6,191 bases of DNA from Candidatus Iainarchaeum sp. (GCA_903916665.1 CAIWXP010000137.1:1-6191); one strand, 5' to 3'; counted from the stretch's first letter, positions 1 through 5,765 are shown. Numbers and translations are program-made. Notes: generated by a model from the sequence alone, not told the origin.

Positions 1-481
1 ATGTTTTGGGGTCTACGCTAAATAACAAATAGGTTGAAAATAAACTAGCATCCTTTACACCTTCAATTAAATTATTTGCCTTCATTTTTATTATGGCATC
101 AAAGTTAATATCAGGGTTGGGCATTTCATTACTAGATAAATCCAATAAATTAATTGAAAAACTTCTTGTGTTATCTCCAGATAAAATAATATTCAATCTT
201 TTATCCTTAACCTTTAAAGTCAATTTATCATTATTATGTGCTCTTTTTAAAATACTAGATAAAGAAGGTAAATTAACACCTAATTTAGTTGTTCCAGAAA
301 CTTCAAATTTTTCAAAAATATCCTTTGGCATATTAAATATAACCATTGCAATTTGTGCAGCATCAATTGCTTTTAATGATATGCCATATTCATTAACAAC
401 AAATTCAGCATCTTTAATTAAATCAACCATAGCATCTATACTTTGTCTAAATAATTTTGCGTCACTTAAAACTAATTCCAT
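1..481 (-). CDS. pcn: DNA polymerase sliding clamp (PCNA), N-terminal ~160 codons; the gene runs off the left edge of the window
   Basis: Manual minus-strand translation from ATG 487..485 gives M-I-MELVLSDAKLFRQSIDAMVDLIKDAEFVVNEYGISLKAIDAAQIAMVIFNMPKDIFEKFEVSGTTKLGVNLPSLSSILKRAHNNDKLTLKVKDKRLNIILSGDNTRSFSINLLDLSSNEMPNPDINFDAIIKMKANNLIEGVKDASLFSTYLLFSVDPKT, with no stop before position 1. It is collinear with archaeal PCNA as I recall it (Pyrococcus blocks GISMRAMDPSRV, IGVNMDHLKKILKR, RTFRVPLID, VKDASLVSD). It is absent from the ORF track only because it is open-ended. I chose the start at ATG 481..479 because the GGGGG at 493..489 lies 7 nt upstream of it. ATG 487..485 is the alternative, only 1 nt from that motif. 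Confidence 0.9.
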   Translation of the reverse strand, partial: MELVLSDAKLFRQSIDAMVDLIKDAEFVVNEYGISLKAIDAAQIAMVIFNMPKDIFEKFEVSGTTKLGVNLPSLSSILKRAHNNDKLTLKVKDKRLNIILSGDNTRSFSINLLDLSSNEMPNPDINFDAIIKMKANNLIEGVKDASLFSTYLLFSVDPKT

Positions 482-487
482 AATCAT

Positions 488-524
488 GCCCCCAATAAGT
501 ATAATAAGGTTACAATATATATAA
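488..524 (-). promoter_or_regulatory. PCNA 5' control region: TATA-like box plus SD-like G-run
   Basis: On the minus strand, TTATATATATT (524..514) lies about 27-33 nt upstream of the two candidate ATGs. GGGGG (493..489) matches the GGxGG form of the archaeal/bacterial SD. Pattern recognition only. Confidence 0.35.
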
Positions 525-548
525 CAAGCAAGGTTTTAAATATATCTT

Positions 549-553
549 AAAAA
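549..553 (-). terminator. Oligo-T (T5) run downstream of the FAD-oxidoreductase stop; possible archaeal termination signal
   Basis: The minus strand reads CTATTTTTAAG about 27 nt after the TGA at 582..580. No convincing hairpin. T-runs are common by chance in DNA this AT-rich. Confidence 0.25.
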
Positions 554-579
554 TAGAATTTAAATTAACTTAAACATAA

Positions 580-1908
580 TCAATTTTCTTTAATTATGCT
601 TCTTGCGGCTATTAATCCTGTACTTGCTGCATTTACTATGTCACCGGATAATCCTGCACCATCACCAGCAAAAAATAAATTATTATATTTTTCACTTTGT
701 AAATTCTTATTACAACTGACTCTCATTGCACTTAATTTAATTTCTGGCGCGTAGAGTAAAGTATAGTTTGATGCAATACCTGGCATAATTTTATCTAATT
801 CTTCTAAACCTTCAACAATATCTGTAACTATTCTATGTGGTAATAACAAAGATATATCTCCAGGAACAACATCTTTTAATGTAGGCTGTACTAAATTTTT
901 TTCCAATTTGTTCCAAGTTGTTCGTCTTCCTGTTTTTAGGTCTCCCAATCTTTGCAAAATTGGTTTTCCAGAACCCAAAAAATTTGCTAGTTTTCCAATG
1001 TGTTGTGCATAGGAATTTGAGTCTTCTGCGGGTTCAGTTAATTTTATTTTTACTAAAAAAGCAAAATTAGTGTTATCTGATTTTATATCTCTTAAACTAT
1101 GACCATTTACATTAATAAATTTATCATAGCTTTCTGATACCACAAAGCCCTGTGGATTAACACAAAAAGTTCTTACAAAATCATCATAGGTTTTTGTATA
1201 AATATGAAATTTTGGGCAATATTCAATGTCTGTTATTGCTTTAGTTATTTCTTGACTAGTTTCCACTCTTACCCCTATATCAACGGGTAAAAAAGTTGTT
1301 TTCAAATCTAAATCGTGAGCAATTTTATTTAACCAAAGAGAACCCCATCTTCCAACTGTAAATAAAATATAATCTGCAAATAATTCCCCTTTATTTGTTT
1401 TAACACCAATAATTTTTCCATCTTTAATTATTAATTCCTGCGCATCAGTTTCTAGGTGTAATTCTAAACCTTTTTGTATTAGATTTTGTAATAAATTATC
1501 AATGATGCCTGGCAAATAATCTGAGCCTATATGTTTTTGTTTTATTTCAATAAATCTTATTCCACTTTTAATTGCTCTTTCTTTTAGTTCTTGCATTTTT
1601 TCTGTTTGATTAATATAACCATTTGCCATTCCAAAATTTTGAAATGTGTTGTGCACTTCTTCAATTAATTTATTTGCATCTTCTAAAGAAACAAATTCAG
1701 TTAAATCTCCGCCAATAAAAGGATTAAAATTTAATTTTCCATCAGAAAATAAACCTGCGCCACCCACACCAAATAATAATTCTTTTTTGTTTCTTTCTTT
1801 TGGTGCTTTGCCTTTCTCTATTGAAATGACTTTATAATTTGCATTTAATAATTCTTTGGCAGCAAATAAACCTGCCGGGCCCAATCCAATAATAATAACA
1901 CTTTTCAT
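580..1908 (-). CDS. FAD-dependent oxidoreductase, COG2509-like (uncharacterised FAD-dependent dehydrogenase family)
   Basis: 442-aa ORF starting at ATG. N-terminal Rossmann dinucleotide-binding motif VIIIGLGPAGLFAAKEL followed by an acidic residue at the end of beta-2 (ISIEKG). GVGGAGLFSDGKLNF block, which I recall as typical of COG2509 proteins. C-terminal flavin-binding motif FFAGDGAGLSGDIVNAASTGLIAA. The specific substrate cannot be inferred. Confidence 0.85.
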   Translation of the reverse strand: MKSVIIIGLGPAGLFAAKELLNANYKVISIEKGKAPKERNKKELLFGVGGAGLFSDGKLNFNPFIGGDLTEFVSLEDANKLIEEVHNTFQNFGMANGYINQTEKMQELKERAIKSGIRFIEIKQKHIGSDYLPGIIDNLLQNLIQKGLELHLETDAQELIIKDGKIIGVKTNKGELFADYILFTVGRWGSLWLNKIAHDLDLKTTFLPVDIGVRVETSQEITKAITDIEYCPKFHIYTKTYDDFVRTFCVNPQGFVVSESYDKFINVNGHSLRDIKSDNTNFAFLVKIKLTEPAEDSNSYAQHIGKLANFLGSGKPILQRLGDLKTGRRTTWNKLEKNLVQPTLKDVVPGDISLLLPHRIVTDIVEGLEELDKIMPGIASNYTLLYAPEIKLSAMRVSCNKNLQSEKYNNLFFAGDGAGLSGDIVNAASTGLIAARSIIKEN

Positions 1909-1944
1909 AATATCACTATCAACCTAGATAACAATATTGCAATG

Positions 1945-1952
1945 TATTTAAA
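1945..1952 (-). promoter_or_regulatory. TATA-box-like element upstream of the FAD-oxidoreductase gene
   Basis: The minus strand reads TTTAAATA (matches the archaeal TTTAWATA consensus), with its 3' end 37 nt upstream of ATG 1908. A weak SD-like GTGAT lies 3 nt before the ATG. The element sits in the 66-nt MFS/FAD spacer, which has no T5 or longer run, so read-through from the MFS gene is also possible. Confidence 0.35.
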
Positions 1953-1974
1953 TTCGTAATTAGTATACACAACA

Positions 1975-3381
1975 TCAATTATGTTTTATTTTGAAATGCA
2001 AATGTTCTAATATGTTTTTTGGAGAGATTATTTTTAATTCTTGTTTTAATTCCAGATCCAATTTAAATTGTTTAATATTCTTTCTAACTTCTCCCAATTG
2101 AGGTAGGAAAAAGTAGGCTGATAAAAATCTTAAAGTTGCACTTAATAATATAACTCCCAGAACTGGAGTAATAATACCAAAAGTATAACTTAATGTTGCT
2201 AATATTCCACCAATTACTGTACCTATAAATATGCCCGAGTTTCCAATTAGATTATAGTAGGTTACACACAAAGCCATTTTCTCTCTAGATACTGCGTCGT
2301 AGATATAATCACTTGTACACAAATCAAATCCTGCCCAACAAATACCAGACAATGCTTCAACAAAAATTAAATAACATAATGTTAAAATTGCACTAATAGG
2401 AAATAAAAATATGGATATAAAATAAAGTGCAGGTATCAAAGGAATTAATTTTGCAGTAATTGTTATTACGCTAATATTTCCATACTTATCTGCAAATTTT
2501 CCCCAAATAGGCATAAATACTAATCTACAAACTAAGTTTGCAACAATTATCAATGTGTACCAAATATAACTAAAATTTAATTGTTTTAAAATATAAACTG
2601 CAAAAAATGGTGATGCTATAGAAACTGCAAATTGAAAAATACCTCCAAATATAACAAATTTCCCGAAATTATTTTTTGGTGCATTTTTAATGAACTTTCC
2701 AAATGTAAAATAATATTCTTTATCCACTTTTAAATAGGGTTCATATTGTTTTGTAAAATAATAGGTGGAAATACTTCTTCCAATAAATGCAAAAAAGAAA
2801 ATTATTGCAAATCCAATAAAAATATAGGTGTGTTTAAAATAATCTAAAATAAATCCTGCGCACAATAAACAAACCAAAGTAATTATTCCAACATATTCAT
2901 TTCGTTTACCAAAATATTTTCCTTGGTCCTTTATTACTAAATCTTTCATCCATGATGTCCAAACAGGCGTAACTGCTACATCCACACCTATTAGTAAAGT
3001 GTAAATTAAAATTAATAGCATTGAACTAATTGTTGAATTTACACCAAGGACAAAATATAATACCCCAACTAAAATCATAAATAACCAAAGTATTGCTTGA
3101 GGTAATATTCCCGCAATTACAATGGATCTTCGTTTATATCTCCACATTTCCTTTACAGTATAAAGTTCACCAAAAGTACCAATTAAATTAGGCAAAGAAC
3201 TTAAAATTCCAATTTGAGCATTATTAGCGCCCATCGAAATAGCATAGGGGCTAACATAGTTTACACCAAATCCAACACTTAAACTATTTGCGCAACCTTC
3301 TTTAATACTAGTTTTTCTTCCATTTTTTCTTTTTTCTTCGAGCTTGGTTTCTAGTTTATTGGATATGAAATTTAATGACAT
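1975..3381 (-). CDS. Major facilitator superfamily (MFS) permease, about 12 predicted TM helices
   Basis: Long, strongly hydrophobic ORF with about 12 helix-length hydrophobic stretches split into two halves by a charged loop (TKQYEPYLKVDKEYYFTFGKFIKNAPKNN). MFS motif-A-like WGKFADKYGN in the second half. The track start at 3393 is a GTG. I prefer ATG 3381..3379 (MSLNFISNKLE...), which sits about 25 nt downstream of a TATA-like box, consistent with a leaderless mRNA. Confidence 0.85.
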   Translation of the reverse strand: MSLNFISNKLETKLEEKRKNGRKTSIKEGCANSLSVGFGVNYVSPYAISMGANNAQIGILSSLPNLIGTFGELYTVKEMWRYKRRSIVIAGILPQAILWLFMILVGVLYFVLGVNSTISSMLLILIYTLLIGVDVAVTPVWTSWMKDLVIKDQGKYFGKRNEYVGIITLVCLLCAGFILDYFKHTYIFIGFAIIFFFAFIGRSISTYYFTKQYEPYLKVDKEYYFTFGKFIKNAPKNNFGKFVIFGGIFQFAVSIASPFFAVYILKQLNFSYIWYTLIIVANLVCRLVFMPIWGKFADKYGNISVITITAKLIPLIPALYFISIFLFPISAILTLCYLIFVEALSGICWAGFDLCTSDYIYDAVSREKMALCVTYYNLIGNSGIFIGTVIGGILATLSYTFGIITPVLGVILLSATLRFLSAYFFLPQLGEVRKNIKQFKLDLELKQELKIISPKNILEHLHFKIKHN

Positions 3382-3403
3382 ATACTTACACACTTTTCAC
3401 AAA

Positions 3404-3415
3404 TTTTTTATAATA
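3404..3415 (-). promoter_or_regulatory. TATA-box-like element for the MFS gene (probable leaderless transcript)
   Basis: The minus strand reads TATTATAAAAAA, with core TTATAAAA at 3413..3406. The core 3' end is 25 nt from ATG 3381, and no SD-like motif lies in between. Confidence 0.4.
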
Positions 3416-3453
3416 GAAAAAGCTAGTTAAACTATATATTTGTTTTGGTATTT

Positions 3454-3486
3454 AAAAAATAAAAAAAGAGGAGTGGTTTACTCCTT
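3454..3486 (-). terminator. Stem-loop plus oligo-T terminator of the binding-protein gene; the stem encloses the stop codon
   Basis: The minus strand reads A-GGAGT-AAACC-ACTCC-T, then C, then TTTTTTTATTTTTT. The stem pairs 3470-3474 with 3480-3484, extendable by the A:T pair 3469/3485. The TAA stop (3480..3478) straddles the first stem arm and the loop. The T7-A-T6 tract is at 3467..3454. Confidence 0.55.
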
Positions 3487-4629
3487 GTAATAGGTTATTG
3501 CCTGTTTGTTTTTAATTTGTTTTATTTCAAACTTAGCCGTAGTTAGATCGCCTTGATTATCAAATTGAATTGAATCATAGGTTATACTACTTAAATTTGT
3601 GTTTTTCAAAGCATTTTTTAATTCTTCTTTGTTTGTTCCAGATTTTTTAATTGCATTAAACATTATTGTTGCTGCATCGTATCCCAAAGGTGCAACAAAC
3701 GTTATTTGTAAATTTTTATATTGTAACATAGAATTTATTTTTGTTTTGAAATCAATGGGTACATTAAATGTTGGCAAAGTAAAAAATGTATTTTCTCCTA
3801 GTCCTGAAGAAATAACTTCCTCTCCAGCAATTGCATCTCCTGCAATTATTGGAACATTTATGTCAAATTCTTTCATAGCTTTGTATATTCCCAAAATATT
3901 TTTTGGATACACCGGAGCATATATTAATTCTGGGTTTACTTCTTTTATTTTTGTCATTATTTGAGAAATATCTGTTTGATCCATATTTACATTATCAACA
4001 TAAATTATTTTTCCACCCAATTTTGTATATTCTTCTGAAAATATTTTAAATATATTTGTACCCCATGCTAAGTTAATATAAATTACTGCAATTTGTTTTT
4101 TGTTCAATATGTTGTAAATATAATCCGCTGCAAATTTTCCTTGCAAAGAATCACTCGGATATATTCTTACGGCATAGTTTTTATCTTTTGTTAAATTTGG
4201 CGCAGATGCAGTTATTATTACATTTGGAGTATGAGATTTTTCTGCAATTGGTAGTGCTGGTTCTGCTTCCGACGAACAAATAGATCCTAGTATTCCTGCA
4301 ACATTATCTGTATTGATTAATTTAGTATATGCAGTTACACTTTCGGAACTGCATTTTGTATCTTCTGCAATTAATTCAATTTTTTCCCCATTAATTCCTC
4401 CTTGAGAATTGATTTCGTTAGTTGCTAATTGAATTCCTGCCAAAGCATTTTCTCCCCAACTCGCAACCTCTCCAGTTAAGGGTACGGCCACTCCTATTTT
4501 AATTGTATTTTGTGCAACAAATAATCCAGAATTATTGTTGAATAAAACAATTGCCAATAATCCTACAATCACAACTATAATTATTAATGCAATTATCCAT
4601 ATTTTTGTGATGCCTCTTTCGTTAAACAT
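3478..4629 (-). CDS. Membrane-anchored solute-binding protein, type I periplasmic-binding fold, LivJ/LivK (branched-chain amino acid) family
   Basis: Collinear similarity to E. coli LivJ/K as I recall it: IKIGVAVPLTGEVASWGE vs IKVAVVGAMSGPVAQYGD, INSQGGINGEKIELIAEDTKC vs INAKGGIKGNKLQIVKYDDAC, and GILGSICSSEAEPA vs VIGHLCSSSTQPA. The N-terminus has basic residues followed by a 22-residue hydrophobic helix (ITKIWIIALIIIVVIVGLLAIVLF), giving an anchor or uncleaved signal. I chose the start at ATG 4629..4627 because GGAGG (4641..4637) is 7 nt upstream of it. The track start at 4635 is only 1 nt from the SD. Confidence 0.88.
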   Translation of the reverse strand: MFNERGITKIWIIALIIIVVIVGLLAIVLFNNNSGLFVAQNTIKIGVAVPLTGEVASWGENALAGIQLATNEINSQGGINGEKIELIAEDTKCSSESVTAYTKLINTDNVAGILGSICSSEAEPALPIAEKSHTPNVIITASAPNLTKDKNYAVRIYPSDSLQGKFAADYIYNILNKKQIAVIYINLAWGTNIFKIFSEEYTKLGGKIIYVDNVNMDQTDISQIMTKIKEVNPELIYAPVYPKNILGIYKAMKEFDINVPIIAGDAIAGEEVISSGLGENTFFTLPTFNVPIDFKTKINSMLQYKNLQITFVAPLGYDAATIMFNAIKKSGTNKEELKNALKNTNLSSITYDSIQFDNQGDLTTAKFEIKQIKNKQAITYYKE

Positions 4630-4636
4630 TTTCATT

Positions 4637-4641
4637 CCTCC
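4637..4641 (-). promoter_or_regulatory. Shine-Dalgarno sequence (GGAGG) of the binding-protein gene
   Basis: The minus strand reads CACAAGGAGGAATGAAAATG. This is a perfect GGAGG core with 7-nt spacing to the second ATG. Confidence 0.6.
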
Positions 4642-4718
4642 TTGTGAGTTAATAAGTAAATAATACTATTTTATTTTCTAACTTATTATATCATACTCTA
4701 GTTTTTTGGAATAAAATT

Positions 4719-4734
4719 GAAAAAGATTTATATT
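4719..4734 (+). promoter_or_regulatory. BRE/TATA-like promoter of the double-Lrp gene (probable leaderless transcript)
   Basis: Purine-rich GAAAAAGA (4719-4726) sits immediately 5' of TTTATATT (4727-4734). The TATA 3' end is 23 nt from ATG 4757, with no SD-like motif in between. This geometry fits the archaeal pattern of a TATA box centred about 26 nt upstream of the transcription start site. Confidence 0.45.
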
Positions 4735-4756
4735 AATTTGCGTATTATATGTTATT

Positions 4757-5719
4757 ATGGAGCAATTAGATAAAAAAGACCAGGGTATACTTTATGAATT
4801 AGATTTGAATGCTAGATTAACAAATAAAGAATTAGCGAAAAAAATGGAATTGTCTGAACAATCCATTGCCTATAGATTAAATAGGCTGCAACAAAAAGAA
4901 ATAATTAAAAGTTATAATCTTTTAGTTGATGTTTCTAAATTAGGTTTAATACATTATAAATTATTTTTAAGATTGCAAAATATTTCTAGTTTGAAAGAAA
5001 ATGAATTTGTTGATTTTGTTAAAAAAAGAAAAGATGTTTTTTGGTTTGTTTCTGTTAGAGGTAATTTTGACTATGTTATTTCCTACTCTGGAAAAGATAT
5101 ATTTGATTTTCAAGAATTTTATAATAGTTTGAAAAATAAATTTGGTCAATATGTTTATTCAGAAGATTTAGTTATTGTTACAAAAGCCCCAATATTTAAT
5201 AGATCCTATTTTATTAAAAATGGAGAGAAAAAAGAATTAATTTATGGTGGTAAGAAAGGAAAAATAGAATTAGATGTTTTAGATAAAAATATTTTATCTG
5301 CGCTAAGTAACAATGCAAGATTAAATTATATTGAATTAGGCAAACAATTAAAACAAAATCCTGACACCATAAGATATAGATTTAATAAATTAAAAGAAGA
5401 TAAAGTTATAATTGGTGCGCGTTTAGGAATTAATCCCGAAAAAATAAATCGTCAATATTTATTGATAACTTTTAATTTACAAAATTTTAATGAAGACTTG
5501 TTGCGAAAATTAGAACTTTATGCACAAAATTTTGATTCAATAGTATATTACATAAATTGTATTGGTTCTCATAATATGGAAATTGAGGCCGAGGTAAGTG
5601 GCGAAGAAGATGCAGATAGAATAATAAAACACTTTAGGGATAAGTTTACAGAATATATTAAAACCTATACTGTTTTAACTGTGAAGAAAGAGCATAAGTT
5701 GAATTTTGTTCCTATTTAG
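4757..5719 (+). CDS. Tandem (double) Lrp/AsnC-family protein: two complete winged-HTH + RAM-like units in one 320-aa chain; probable transcriptional regulator
   Basis: Unit 1 (aa 4-145) begins LDKKDQGILYELDLNARLTNKELAKKMELSEQSIAYRLNRLQQKEIIKSYNLLVDVSKLG and continues into an alpha/beta domain (...LFLRLQN...FWFVSVRGNFDYVISY...FYNSLKNKFGQYV...LVIVTK). Unit 2 (aa 172-311) begins LDVLDKNILSALSNNARLNYIELGKQLKQNPDTIRYRFNKLKEDKVIIGARLGINPEKI and continues into ...LLITFNLQN...VYYINCIGSHNMEIEA...IKHFRDKFTEYI...TVLTVKK. Both units match the classic Lrp/AsnC signature (LD..D..IL..L..NAR.S/T..EL......S...V..R...L...G.I). A 26-aa linker joins them, and there is no stop or frameshift. Confidence 0.85.
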   Translation: MEQLDKKDQGILYELDLNARLTNKELAKKMELSEQSIAYRLNRLQQKEIIKSYNLLVDVSKLGLIHYKLFLRLQNISSLKENEFVDFVKKRKDVFWFVSVRGNFDYVISYSGKDIFDFQEFYNSLKNKFGQYVYSEDLVIVTKAPIFNRSYFIKNGEKKELIYGGKKGKIELDVLDKNILSALSNNARLNYIELGKQLKQNPDTIRYRFNKLKEDKVIIGARLGINPEKINRQYLLITFNLQNFNEDLLRKLELYAQNFDSIVYYINCIGSHNMEIEAEVSGEEDADRIIKHFRDKFTEYIKTYTVLTVKKEHKLNFVPI

Positions 5720-5726
5720 AGAGTTT

Positions 5727-5749
5727 GGGGCCCATTTTTAAACCTTTTT
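5727..5749 (+). terminator. Possible termination region after the double-Lrp gene (GC palindrome plus two T5 runs)
   Basis: GGGGCCC (5727-5733, containing the palindrome GGGCCC) is followed by ATTTTTAAACCTTTTT, with T5 runs at 5735-5739 and 5745-5749. It begins 8 nt after the TAG stop. Confidence 0.35.
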
Positions 5750-5754
5750 GTGCC

Positions 5755-5765
5755 TTATATATATT
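5755..5765 (+). promoter_or_regulatory. TATA-like element upstream of rpl35ae
   Basis: TTATATATATT lies about 50 nt upstream of ATG 5814. This would give a leader of about 25 nt carrying the SD. AT-rich background limits confidence. Confidence 0.3.

Noticed and set aside
93-524. Track ORF, 143 aa, plus strand
   Set aside because: It lies entirely antisense to the PCNA coding sequence. The peptide is low-complexity (Leu/Ile/Ser/Asn-rich), has no recognisable motif, and has no SD or TATA in front. It is a shadow ORF typical of AT-rich DNA.
556-565. The 10-mer GAATTTAAAT (part of the palindrome AATTTAAATT at 557-566) recurs on the opposite strand at 1946-1955
   Set aside because: Both copies are TATA-like, AT-only sequence in intergenic spacers. 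A single 10-mer recurrence among all possible pairs is within chance expectation in ~70% A+T DNA. It is not evidence of a repeat element.
1181-1187. C-box-like ATGATGA on the minus strand (possible C/D box sRNA)
   Set aside because: It lies in frame inside the FAD-oxidoreductase CDS (codons Y-D-D-F). There is no partner D box or terminal stem arrangement, and no intergenic space is large enough for an sRNA gene.
1646-1837. Track ORF, 63 aa, plus strand
   Set aside because: It is nested antisense within the conserved N-terminal FAD-binding region of the oxidoreductase gene, and has no motifs or expression signals.
3382-3393. GTG start at 3393 for the MFS gene (MCKY extension)
   Set aside because: An ATG four codons downstream sits at the expected distance from a TATA-like box for a leaderless mRNA. 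The GTG would start inside or too close to the promoter. This is not excluded, only less likely.
3599-3964. Track ORF, 121 aa, plus strand
   Set aside because: It is antisense to the well-supported LivJ/K-like gene. Its composition is phenylalanine/isoleucine-rich, as expected from the reverse complement of AT-rich codons.
4967-5149. Track ORF, 60 aa, minus strand
   Set aside because: It is antisense within unit 1 of the double-Lrp gene. It is a low-complexity Lys/Ile/Phe/Asn peptide with no signals.
4757-5719. Reading the tandem Lrp-like protein as a NirDL/AhbAB-type siroheme decarboxylase
   Set aside because: There is no heme or siroheme biosynthesis gene in the neighbourhood. Both HTH units keep the classic DNA-binding Lrp signature. 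The gene is divergently paired with an amino-acid-binding protein. This reading is kept only as an alternative to test by phylogeny.
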